Shown here one piece after another: positions 9,082-17,169 of a DNA stretch of 33,226 bases. Each line of letters opens with the position of its first letter. Position 1 is the stretch's first letter. The notes under the pieces were generated by a model. That model was given only the letters and a program-made list of their open reading frames with translations, was not told the DNA's origin and did no database searches. A program made the position numbers and the translations under genes. Origin of the DNA: Bacteroidota bacterium (GTDB taxonomy: Bacteria; Bacteroidota; Bacteroidia; AKYH767-A; 2013-40CM-41-45); NCBI GenBank assembly GCA_046052625.1, contig JBJOMA010000294.1:1-33226 (forward strand). Direction: 5' to 3'.

Positions 9082-10038
9082 TCACCAGTTGCGCTTCACA
9101 TCATTGACGATCGGCGGAACGGTACGCAGGTATTCATAGATGGCCGCAGCTTCACTGCTGTCCAGCATCACATATGGAGGCATCGGCAGCCGCAACTGCT
9201 TCCCGTCCGGACGCCGCCCCTGGGTCACCGCAAGTATGAATTGTTCCTGCGACCAGTTACCGATACCTGTCGTTGGATCGGGCGTGATATTCGCTGTGTG
9301 TACCACTTTACCGTCCGTTCCGATCATGGAATTTCCGCCCCCGAAAAAACCCAGCGAGTTCTCGGGAGCCAACGCATCCGATTTTGTAAAATCGGCGGAA
9401 TGGCAGCTGTAGCAGTCCACCACGGCACAGGCGAGGTAGCGGCCGTAGGCAGCAACCTGACTGACAGGCGGTGCAATGACAGGATATTCAGGATAAGGCA
9501 ACGGTTTGAAAGCGACTCTGCAGAGGAACTTCGTCAGGAAAGAAGGTTCACACGGCACGGAAGGCGCATCCACCGGTTGTACCAGCGGATCTTCGCTGCG
9601 TAGGAAAGCGATGATCGAAAACAGGTCCTCGTCCGACATGAGCGGCAGCTTCGGCATCCAAGGCGGTGCGTATTGACCGTTCTTCTTCACGCCTGTTCGA
9701 AGCAGGTAGATGATCTCTCCGTCGCTCCACTTACCGATTCCGGCATCCGGATGACCGGTGATGTTTGCGGAATATGCTTTGCCGAATTCAGGAGGCGCAT
9801 CATCCATCAACCGCCCGGTCAATGCGCCGGTCTTTCCGTTGTAATGACAGTGCTGGCACAGTAACCCGACGAGCTTTCGCCCCCGGTGGATACGCGCTTC
9901 GGTACGTTCTACACGGACTTCCACCTTTGCGGTATCATAGGAAGGAATTCCCGCTGTGGCGACATAGAGCAAGGCGGCGGCGGCAATCCCTACTACTGAC
10001 AATACCAAGTAACCGACAGGCTTCAAAAATTTTCTCAT
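9082..10038 (-). CDS. Membrane-anchored dihaem c-type cytochrome
   Basis: N-terminal TM helix (VGYLVLSVVGIAAAALLYVA). Two CxxCH haem-binding motifs (CQHCH and CYSCH), each followed by a cytochrome c-like fold segment. Confidence 0.8.
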   Translation of the reverse strand: MRKFLKPVGYLVLSVVGIAAAALLYVATAGIPSYDTAKVEVRVERTEARIHRGRKLVGLLCQHCHYNGKTGALTGRLMDDAPPEFGKAYSANITGHPDAGIGKWSDGEIIYLLRTGVKKNGQYAPPWMPKLPLMSDEDLFSIIAFLRSEDPLVQPVDAPSVPCEPSFLTKFLCRVAFKPLPYPEYPVIAPPVSQVAAYGRYLACAVVDCYSCHSADFTKSDALAPENSLGFFGGGNSMIGTDGKVVHTANITPDPTTGIGNWSQEQFILAVTQGRRPDGKQLRLPMPPYVMLDSSEAAAIYEYLRTVPPIVNDVKRNW

Positions 10039-10194
10039 AAGAAGTATCCTGTTTTTCGTGTTAGTCTAAAAATGATAAAAAAACTGAATCGTCGCTTTAT
10101 AACTCTATTTTGTCCATTTTTTTAAAAGAAAATTTCAATAGCGTACACCCTCAATTCAGCCTCGGCAACCGATTTGTCTACCTTTGCGCCGCAA

Positions 10195-10950
10195 ATGAAA
10201 AAACGAATTCTCCTTCTCTTATTGTATCCGATACAAATCGCTCTTGGGCAGGATTATCAGACCGGCATGGAAGCCATTTCGCCGCCGGAGCGCAGCCCCT
10301 TCTCTTTGCATGCCCGCGTAGGCGTCATGGTCAACAATCCGGACGTGCCTGCGAAGCTCTATCTCAAAGGTGACAGCTCGCAATACAAGATGATGAACCT
10401 GGGGGTGATGACGGCTTCAGAGGTCTTCTTCAACATCGACCTGATCCGTCGCAAAGCCGTCACCATCGGAATGCAGATCGGTGCGGTGATTGCTCAACCA
10501 GGAATTCACGTCACCAGCCGGTTCGACGATTACCTCGCCGGAGTCACGGATCTGGGCATGGCAAAGGGCACGATCTGGCTGGCCTATAATGCCAGCGGCG
10601 ACCCGTGGACGATGTTCAGTGTTCCTTATCACGGACAGGGCGAATCGATCATCGGGATTACAGGAGTCATCGCCGAGACGCGCGACATCCAGGGGAGTCC
10701 GCCGGGAAACGACACCTTGGATTTCAAACTGATCAACGGAAACACCTGCCGTTCCGTCGGCGCATATTTAGGATATAACCGGCGCCTCGGACAATCGGGC
10801 TGGGTATTCGGCATCCATGCCTCCATCCTTTGGACCCTGCCGAAGAACTACCTGATCAATTTCGAAACCAACGAAAGCTCCCGGTTCACTTCAGGCACCC
10901 TGCCGTTCGAGCCACGGATGATCACCGGCGGATTCGGATATCACTTTTGA
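10195..10950 (+). CDS. Secreted hypothetical protein, probably an outer-membrane beta-barrel
   Basis: The ATG at 10195 gives the signal peptide MKKRILLLLLYPIQIALGQ; the track ORF opens earlier at a TTG (10174). C-terminus GGFGYHF ends in an aromatic residue. No recognisable catalytic motif. Confidence 0.6.
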   Translation: MKKRILLLLLYPIQIALGQDYQTGMEAISPPERSPFSLHARVGVMVNNPDVPAKLYLKGDSSQYKMMNLGVMTASEVFFNIDLIRRKAVTIGMQIGAVIAQPGIHVTSRFDDYLAGVTDLGMAKGTIWLAYNASGDPWTMFSVPYHGQGESIIGITGVIAETRDIQGSPPGNDTLDFKLINGNTCRSVGAYLGYNRRLGQSGWVFGIHASILWTLPKNYLINFETNESSRFTSGTLPFEPRMITGGFGYHF

Positions 10951-10961
10951 AATAGAAATCG

Positions 10962-11351
10962 ATGTCGATGAAAAGAGAGCCCGCTTCTCTCGTTTCCGGT
11001 GTCATTTCCATGAAATGTCCGGCCTGCAGGATGCACGATGTGTTCAAGACGAAGAATCCGTATGACCTGAAACAGGTCGGTGCCATGCATGCGTATTGCC
11101 CTGCATGCGGCAGCAGCAACCGCGTTGAACCCGGCTTTTATTTCGGAGCCGCGTATGTGAGTTACATCCTGATGGTGGGGCTGTTGATGCTTTTGGTGAC
11201 CGTGTACTACCTGGTTTTCGGAGAGATCTTCGAAAACTTTTGGAGACTAATGATTACCGCCACTTCATTCGCGCTGATCATCACACCGGTCGTGTTCCGT
11301 TATTCGAGGATACTTTTCCTGTACATGTTCGTTCCCTTCAAAGGGAAATAG
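10962..11351 (+). CDS. DUF983-like small membrane protein with a zinc-ribbon N-terminus
   Basis: CPAC...x24...CPAC zinc-ribbon pattern followed by two hydrophobic helices (GFYFGAAYVSYILMVGLLMLLV...). This is the layout of DUF983 proteins. Confidence 0.6.
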   Translation: MSMKREPASLVSGVISMKCPACRMHDVFKTKNPYDLKQVGAMHAYCPACGSSNRVEPGFYFGAAYVSYILMVGLLMLLVTVYYLVFGEIFENFWRLMITATSFALIITPVVFRYSRILFLYMFVPFKGK

Positions 11352-11367
11352 CGGAAAAGGAAGCGGC

Positions 11368-12063
11368 TCAACGCTCCGCCATCGCGGATATCATCGAGGA
11401 GAAAAGTCCTGCCCCGTCCGTGTTCCCCAGCTCGGGATCGGCTGCGCGCTCCGGATGCGGCATCATTCCGAATACATTAAATCCGGCGTTACAGACACCT
11501 GCTATGTTCTCCAGCGATCCGTTCGGATTGGCAGACGCTGTTTCCTTGGCTGATGCATCACAATAACGGAAGAGGACCTGTCCGTTTTCGTTCATCGACT
11601 TCAACGTATCCGCATCAGCGTAAAAGCGGCCTTCTCCGTGAGCGACAGGAATGTTCAGCGCGACAGAGGTATCCAGCTGAGAAGTGATGATCGAATCCGT
11701 ATGCTGTGCCCGGATGAAAACATTCTTGCAGATGAAACGAGAATCGGTGTTGCGTAACAAGGCGCCCTGCAGAAGTCCGGCTTCGCAAAGGATCTGAAAA
11801 CCGTTGCACACACCGAAGACGAAGCCGCCTTTGCCGGCGAATTCGATCACCTCTTTCATGATCGGAGAGAAGCGGGCGATGGCTCCGGAACGAAGGTAGT
11901 CGCCGTAGGAGAATCCTCCCGGCAACACGATCACATCACACTGCTGTAGATCGTGGTCCTTGTGCCATAGCTTGACTACCTGCTGGCGCATGCGGTCGCG
12001 GAGGACGTAGACCATATCCTCGTCACAATTGGAACCGGGGAAAACGATGACTCCGAACTTCAT
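11368..12063 (-). CDS. purQ: Phosphoribosylformylglycinamidine synthase subunit PurQ (glutaminase)
   Basis: MKFGVIVFPGSNCDED N-terminus, nucleophile elbow GVCNGFQIL, and C-terminal catalytic HPER motif (MPHPERA). Confidence 0.9.
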   Translation of the reverse strand: MKFGVIVFPGSNCDEDMVYVLRDRMRQQVVKLWHKDHDLQQCDVIVLPGGFSYGDYLRSGAIARFSPIMKEVIEFAGKGGFVFGVCNGFQILCEAGLLQGALLRNTDSRFICKNVFIRAQHTDSIITSQLDTSVALNIPVAHGEGRFYADADTLKSMNENGQVLFRYCDASAKETASANPNGSLENIAGVCNAGFNVFGMMPHPERAADPELGNTDGAGLFSSMISAMAER

Positions 12064-12087
12064 GCGGCGAAGGTACGCATTAAAAGG

Positions 12088-12115
12088 AAAAGGCCGGAGG
12101 GAGGTCCGGCCTTTT
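12088..12115 (-). terminator. Rho-independent terminator of the sigma-factor gene
   Basis: AAAAGGCCGGA (12088..12098) pairs with TCCGGCCTTTT (12105..12115). On the minus strand the hairpin is followed by TTTTCCTTTT. Confidence 0.75.
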
Positions 12116-12139
12116 ATGGAAGTGCATTACCGAGATGGC

Positions 12140-12670
12140 TCAGTTCTCCGCGTAAGGACGGTATACCGAGAGCTTTCCGGAGAGCTCTTTACGTGCATTG
12201 TGGATACGAACTTTTACGGTACCCAGCGGCAGCTTGAGTTTGGAGGCGATTTCCTCATACTTGTAGCCGGTATAGCTCATCAGGAAAGGAGTGCGAAGGT
12301 TGTCGCTGATTTCTCCCAACGCCTTCTGGATATCCTCCATGATCAGGTTACCGTCGCCGTCATTGCGCTGCGAAGTATCCGTGTTGTTTATATAGAATTG
12401 TGATTCCGTATCGTCGTGAAAAATATTCGACTTCATGGCACGACGGTATTTGTTGATGAAGATGTTCTTCATGATGGTGTACAGCCATCCTTTGAGGTTG
12501 GTACCCTCGGCGAACTTCTCTTCATTCGTGAATGCCTTCAACATCGTATCCTGCACGAGATCGTCTGCATCTTCGGCGTCTTGCGTCAGTTTGAGCGCGT
12601 AGTTTCTAAGCGGTCTTGATTCAATGGTGACCAATGTTCGGAAATCGAATTTCTTTTTAGGAGCAGCCAT
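12140..12670 (-). CDS. ECF-type (group 4) sigma-70 family RNA polymerase sigma factor
   Basis: Region 2 string DAEDLVQDTMLKAF...WLYTIMKNIFINKYR. Region 4 HTH YKYEEIASKLKLPLGTVKVRIHNARKEL. No adjacent anti-sigma gene is visible. Confidence 0.85.
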   Translation of the reverse strand: MAAPKKKFDFRTLVTIESRPLRNYALKLTQDAEDADDLVQDTMLKAFTNEEKFAEGTNLKGWLYTIMKNIFINKYRRAMKSNIFHDDTESQFYINNTDTSQRNDGDGNLIMEDIQKALGEISDNLRTPFLMSYTGYKYEEIASKLKLPLGTVKVRIHNARKELSGKLSVYRPYAEN

Positions 12671-12709
12671 TTGTTTAGGTTTTTATGATTTTACCTACAC
12701 AAATATAAC

Positions 12710-12717
12710 CTTCATTT
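12710..12717 (-). promoter_or_regulatory. Candidate Bacteroidota -7 promoter box (TAnnTTTG) for the sigma-factor gene
   Basis: Plus-strand CAAATATA equals TATATTTG on the minus strand, about 40 nt upstream of the ATG at 12670. No convincing -33 TTG was found at the expected spacing. Confidence 0.3.
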
Positions 12718-12733
12718 TGAACCATTCATTGTT

Positions 12734-12765
12734 TTGTTTAATTTATTTTCATTTTTATTAAACAA
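12734..12765. promoter_or_regulatory. Candidate operator: 9-bp perfect inverted repeat TTGTTTAAT-N14-ATTAAACAA
   Basis: Read directly in the AT-rich divergent region between the sigma-factor gene and folE. AT-rich context raises the chance-match probability. Confidence 0.2.
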
Positions 12766-12850
12766 ATTTAACATTCATCGCATTTTTCGACCGATTTGGA
12801 ACCATTTGACCTGTTGCTTGTTTATTGATTAAAGAAAATACTTCAACAAA

Positions 12851-13540
12851 ATGCTGGAAAAACCATTGATTACTGAAAATCAAGCAGTTATAACAATAGA
12901 CGATCTGTTGGGGTACGACCACGTTTCGACCGGTACTGCCACCCCGATTCGTCCGGATGCCTTTGATTTGTCGAAAAAGGATAAAATCGCCCTGATTTCC
13001 TCAAAATTCAAAGACATCCTCCACATTCTTGGAATGGACCTGGAGGACGAGAGTATCAAAGGGACGCCTCAGCGAGTCGCCAAGATGTACGTGGAAGAAA
13101 TCTTCCGTGGTCTCGATCCTGCAGAGAAACCCGCCCCTACCCTCTTCGAAAACAGCTACAAATACAACCAGATGCTCGTGGAGAAGAACATCACCGTTCA
13201 CTCCACCTGCGAACATCACTTTGTCCCCATTTTCGGCAAAGCACATATCGCTTATATCGCCGCCGGAAAAGTGATCGGCCTTTCCAAGCTGAACCGGATC
13301 GTAGATTACTACGCGCGCCGTCCGCAGGTACAGGAACGACTGACAGTTCAGATAGCGGAGGAGTTGAAAGAGATGCTCGGTACCCGTGACGTAGCTGTCA
13401 TCATCGATGCCGAGCACATGTGTGTGCAATCACGCGGTATCAAAGACCAGCACAGCAGCACGGTCACCGCTTCGTATCACGGTAAATTCCTGAACGAATC
13501 GACGCGCATGGAACTGATGCGCTACGTCGAAATGAAATGA
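12851..13540 (+). CDS. folE: GTP cyclohydrolase I (FolE)
   Basis: GTPQRVAKMY, zinc/catalytic core HSTCEHHFVPIFGKAHIAY, and RPQVQERLT motifs. Confidence 0.9.
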   Translation: MLEKPLITENQAVITIDDLLGYDHVSTGTATPIRPDAFDLSKKDKIALISSKFKDILHILGMDLEDESIKGTPQRVAKMYVEEIFRGLDPAEKPAPTLFENSYKYNQMLVEKNITVHSTCEHHFVPIFGKAHIAYIAAGKVIGLSKLNRIVDYYARRPQVQERLTVQIAEELKEMLGTRDVAVIIDAEHMCVQSRGIKDQHSSTVTASYHGKFLNESTRMELMRYVEMK

Positions 13541-13561
13541 TTCTAGTGGTGTGGTTAAGTG

Positions 13562-13594
13562 AAAAAGCGCTTTCCGTAAGGAGGCGCTTTTTTT
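13562..13594. terminator. Bidirectional terminator between folE and the convergent MerR-family gene
   Basis: AAAAAGCGC...GCGCTTTTT hairpin with flanking A- and T-runs. It overlaps the TAA stop (13593..13595) of the minus-strand gene. Confidence 0.7.
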
Positions 13595-14468
13595 ATTCGA
13601 AGAACGCTTTCAGATCGTCCGGATGACGGATCACCGTGGCTCTCTCCGGCAAGTCATAGGTGTATTCCTGAAAATAACGGCCGGTCAGCAACAATCCGGC
13701 CGAAGGGAATTTGAAGCACAAACCGTCCACAAATGCTTTTACCTCCTCTACAGAGAAACCGGAGGTAAGTGAAATGAAAAGGTAATCCGGATCGAACTTG
13801 CCGGAGATATTCTCCAGATCCTGAGCCGGAAGATTCTGACCTAAATATAACACCTGGTGACCCGCAGAACGAATCAGGTACTGCGCAAACAACAATCCGA
13901 GTTCGTGATGCTCTCCTTCAGGAAGAAACAGCAGGAAGCGTTTCGCATCGCTCCTGGACACAGGCAATTGTCCGTCAATCGCCACCATCAGTTTCTGACG
14001 CAACAACGCTGATATGAAATGTTCATACGGCGGCATCAGCGAACCCGTCTGCCACATGACACCGATCAGCGACATGAACGGGAAAACGATGTCCATCATG
14101 GTCTTCTCAAGACCGTGTTGCAGCAATGCGGACGAAAGTACTTTATTGAATGCCGCCTCGTCCAGATCTATCATGGACGACAAGAGTGCATGGATATGGG
14201 CAGGTTGCGAATCGGATGCAGCCGAAAGGTCGATTGCCATGCGTGCAATCTCCGATCCGGTCAACTTACTGATTTTGGAAATCTTGTGTCCATGCCGGTT
14301 GAGCATGGAAATATTGAGCAACAGCTTCAGGTCCTCGTCGTCGTAATACCGTACGTTTCCCGGTGTCCGCTTGGGTTGCGGCAGATTATACCGTTGCTCC
14401 CAGATGCGAAGTGTGTGGGACCGGATGCCCGTCAGGTGTTCGATATCCCGTATGGTGAACTTGCTCAC
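13593..14468 (-). CDS. MerR-family transcriptional regulator with a cobalamin-binding domain (CarH/LitR-type candidate photoreceptor)
   Basis: - MerR HTH: FTIRDIEHLTGIRSHTLRIWEQRY...VRYYDDEDL.
- Wx9EH motif (WQTGSLMPPYEH) in the helical bundle.
- ExHxxG (EHHELG) in the Rossmann-like B12 domain.
- Start placed at GTG 14468 (MSKFTIRD...), because the longer track ORF (to 14615) would run through the upstream gene's terminator. Confidence 0.8.
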   Translation of the reverse strand: MSKFTIRDIEHLTGIRSHTLRIWEQRYNLPQPKRTPGNVRYYDDEDLKLLLNISMLNRHGHKISKISKLTGSEIARMAIDLSAASDSQPAHIHALLSSMIDLDEAAFNKVLSSALLQHGLEKTMMDIVFPFMSLIGVMWQTGSLMPPYEHFISALLRQKLMVAIDGQLPVSRSDAKRFLLFLPEGEHHELGLLFAQYLIRSAGHQVLYLGQNLPAQDLENISGKFDPDYLFISLTSGFSVEEVKAFVDGLCFKFPSAGLLLTGRYFQEYTYDLPERATVIRHPDDLKAFFE

Positions 14469-14568
14469 GTATTGGCAAACACCGTTAGGCTGAAATTGTT
14501 CAGGAAAAATGAATGCTTGTCGATTTTCAGGAGGATTTCGGCGATTTCCACCGTAACAACCGGGTATG

Positions 14569-14606
14569 AAAAATAAAAAACGGGCTGCCCATGCAGGGAC
14601 AGCCCG
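14569..14606 (-). terminator. Rho-independent terminator of the DUF4397-repeat gene
   Basis: CGGGCTGCCC...GGG(A)CAGCCCG hairpin. On the minus strand it is followed by TTTTTTATTTTT. Confidence 0.75.
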
Positions 14607-14627
14607 TTCAATCAAAATTCAGAGGTC

Positions 14628-17045
14628 TTATCGTGCGATCACGAAGGACGCACGTACCTGGCGGTCTTCGGCAGTCAGTGTCAGATGATAGACGCCGTTC
14701 GGAAGTCCTGATACGTCGATACGTCCGTTACGGCCGCGCAGTTCGATCGGGTTCATACTGACGATCCGACCGAAAGCATCGGATACGGTGCAAGTCGTTT
14801 TGCCGGTAAAGTCAGACATGGCGACTACGCGCAGTTCTCCGGAAGCAGGATTCGGGTAGACGGCTGAGAAGGTTTCAACCGTTGCATCCGAAACGCCGTT
14901 GATCAGCTGCTGGAAAGGTATCACGGTACCGTCTGTCAGGGCTGCATACAAACCGAAAGCGGAACCGTTCTGGTTTGCAGAAGGAGTGAGGAAGCCGGAA
15001 GCGAAAACGACAGCAGACTGTCCGCCGAGCGTGGTCAGATCAGCGGTATACTCCAGCAATACAGGTGTACCGGCAGCAGGCGTGATACCGATCGTATAAC
15101 TGGCTGCGGGTACGTTCAGGTAACCGGTCGCATCCGTGTAAGCTGCATTGTCAGCAAGGGTGATCGTATTGTTGGCAAGAACGTCTACCGTGGGCGCGTC
15201 CGTACATCCGTGAACAATGAAGAAGTCCACTTCACCGGCTACTGCAGCCTGCTCACGAACGTTCTCTTTCACGATGAACTGGAAAGCCGTTGAACGTCCG
15301 TCCGGATTCGCGGCATACTGCGCCGGATCCGTAACCCCGTTGGCAAGGATGATATAGGTCTGTCCGGGTGTGAGATTGAGCGTCGTGCCGAGACCTGCGA
15401 TGGTGTCTGCAGCGGAAGTGGAGTTCGCCAGCGCGATACCGATCTGGATGGGTTGACCGGCCGGAACTTCGACAAACGGTGTTGCGGTGCGATACGCGAA
15501 GCCGGGAATCAACAGGACAGCGCCTGCATAGACGTCTACTGAATCAGCGATGACATCGGCAGCATTGTGGATGACTTGAACACGTGCGGAGTTGTGAGCC
15601 GGAAGTTCGATGACACTGCCGTCAGCGAATGCGGCGAAGAGGCCGAATGCGGAACCACCGTTGTTAGCGGCCGGATTCAGGAATCCTGACGCGAACAGGA
15701 CGGCGGAAGCTCCGCCGGCAGCCGTAAGGTCCGCATCATAAGAAGCGAGGATTACGTTATTGAAGCTCGAAGGCGTGACGTTCAGGACATACGCATTGGC
15801 TCCTACGGTAAGCGTACTGCTGAATTCGCCATAGGTAAGACCGTCGATCAACGGGGTGGCGACGCTTTGTAGCAATACATCGACCGTCAACGCGTCGGTG
15901 GCTCCGTGCAGGGCGGTGAGGTCCACGGTTCCGGAGGAGGCGCTGGCCGTCGTCATACCGCTACGCAACCAAAGGTTGAAGGCGATGGATTGGCTGCTAG
16001 GGTTCACAGAGAATGCGGTGGTATCAAGGACACCGTTGGCGACCGCTACGTAGGTCTGTCCCGGCTGCAAAGTAACAGTGAAACTGGTGATGGTATCTGC
16101 TACCGAGGTGCTGGTCCCGGGAGCTACTGCGATGTTCAAAGGGGCACCGGCAGGCACTTCGATATATGGTGTGGCCTGACGGAAAACGAAATCGTCCAGC
16201 AAAAGGCTTCCGTCCGCATAGATGTCCACAGTATCGGCTGCAGGATCAGCAGCATTATGAATGACCTGCAATAATGCATTGGTGTTCTCCGGGAGCTGAA
16301 TGACTGCGCCACTCGGCAAGGCTGCAAAAAGACCGAATGCAGCGCCGTTCTGGTTTGTGGAAGGGTCCAGGAAGCCGCTGGCGAAAACTACTGCCGAGCC
16401 TCCGCCGAGACCTGTCAGGTCAGCGATGTAAGAAGCAAGGATGTTGCTGTTATCATTTCCGGGTGTGAGGTTGAGCGAAAGGCTGGTCGCAGGCAGATTG
16501 AGATACGCGGAAAAGTCGCGGAAGGCTGCATTATCGACAGCCGGCGTGCTGGTTCCGACAGGTACCACGTCAACGGTGGGTGCATCGGTGGAACCGTGCA
16601 TGACGATGATGTCGACATTGTTGGTGTCAGCCGAAGCGGGACTGATATTGTCCTGCACAACAAGGTCGAACGCGATGCTTCGTCCATCCGGATTGGCCGC
16701 ATAGCTGACAGTATCCAGTACGCCGGTGGCCATGACCACATAGCGGTGTCCGGACTGAAGTGTCAAGTTGAAGTTAGCGATGACATCCGCTACGCTCGTA
16801 CTGGTGGAGGGAGCGATACCGACCTGATATGGCAATGCTGCCGGTAGCGAAATGAAATTCGTCGCTGTACGGAATGCGAAATCATCGAGGGTGAGAGCGC
16901 CGTTGACATAAATGTCGACTAGCTGCGCATTGGTGTCCGCACAGTTATGGATGACCTGGACGTCGGCATTCTGGGCACGAAGCCGTGATGCTGTGGAGAC
17001 GAAAATCGCTCCGGCAATAAAAAAACTAAGTAGGATACGTTTCAT
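14628..17045 (-). CDS. T9SS-secreted protein built from repeated DUF4397-like domains
   Basis: - The ATG at 17045 gives signal peptide MKRILLSFFIAGAIFVSTASRLRAQ (track ORF opens 16 codons earlier).
- Repeated VQVIHNxAD...VDIYxxG and VDxxxxHGxTDAPTVDV modules.
- CTD: VYPNPASGELRVV...NGVYHLTL. Confidence 0.8.
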   Translation of the reverse strand: MKRILLSFFIAGAIFVSTASRLRAQNADVQVIHNCADTNAQLVDIYVNGALTLDDFAFRTATNFISLPAALPYQVGIAPSTSTSVADVIANFNLTLQSGHRYVVMATGVLDTVSYAANPDGRSIAFDLVVQDNISPASADTNNVDIIVMHGSTDAPTVDVVPVGTSTPAVDNAAFRDFSAYLNLPATSLSLNLTPGNDNSNILASYIADLTGLGGGSAVVFASGFLDPSTNQNGAAFGLFAALPSGAVIQLPENTNALLQVIHNAADPAADTVDIYADGSLLLDDFVFRQATPYIEVPAGAPLNIAVAPGTSTSVADTITSFTVTLQPGQTYVAVANGVLDTTAFSVNPSSQSIAFNLWLRSGMTTASASSGTVDLTALHGATDALTVDVLLQSVATPLIDGLTYGEFSSTLTVGANAYVLNVTPSSFNNVILASYDADLTAAGGASAVLFASGFLNPAANNGGSAFGLFAAFADGSVIELPAHNSARVQVIHNAADVIADSVDVYAGAVLLIPGFAYRTATPFVEVPAGQPIQIGIALANSTSAADTIAGLGTTLNLTPGQTYIILANGVTDPAQYAANPDGRSTAFQFIVKENVREQAAVAGEVDFFIVHGCTDAPTVDVLANNTITLADNAAYTDATGYLNVPAASYTIGITPAAGTPVLLEYTADLTTLGGQSAVVFASGFLTPSANQNGSAFGLYAALTDGTVIPFQQLINGVSDATVETFSAVYPNPASGELRVVAMSDFTGKTTCTVSDAFGRIVSMNPIELRGRNGRIDVSGLPNGVYHLTLTAEDRQVRASFVIAR
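14898..16967 (-). repeat. Three in-frame tandem copies of a 230-codon (690-bp) unit inside the DUF4397-repeat gene
   Basis: Unit starts at residues 43, 273 and 503 of the track ORF (ADVQVIHNCAD / ALLQVIHNAAD / ARVQVIHNAAD). Each unit ends in SGFLxPxxNxxGxAFGLxAA. The spacing is exactly 230 residues. Confidence 0.8.
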
Positions 17046-17169
17046 GGATATAGATGCGTTTGGTTTGTAGAAAGAACAAGATGGTCGACGCAAAGTTCAG
17101 ATTAGACGAAAAAAAACCTTTATTACGCCTTTTGCAGAACAATTAGCGAGCAAGTGTGTTAAATGACCT

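Noticed and set aside
11240-11566. 108-aa plus-strand ORF overlapping the DUF983 3' end and purQ.
   Set aside because: It overlaps two better-supported genes. It is the shadow frame of the purQ C-terminus.
14469-14615. N-terminal 49-codon extension of the MerR/B12 ORF as given in the track.
   Set aside because: The extension runs through the terminator hairpin of the upstream gene. It would also place the MerR HTH about 50 residues from the N-terminus. The GTG at 14468 gives the canonical MSKFTIRD start.
17046-17093. Upstream extensions of signal-peptide proteins in the track (17046..17093, 21664..21726, 10174..10194, 1978..1998, 17863..17922).
   Set aside because: In each case an internal ATG gives a canonical signal peptide or family-typical N-terminus. 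Several of the longer versions start at TTG/GTG codons.
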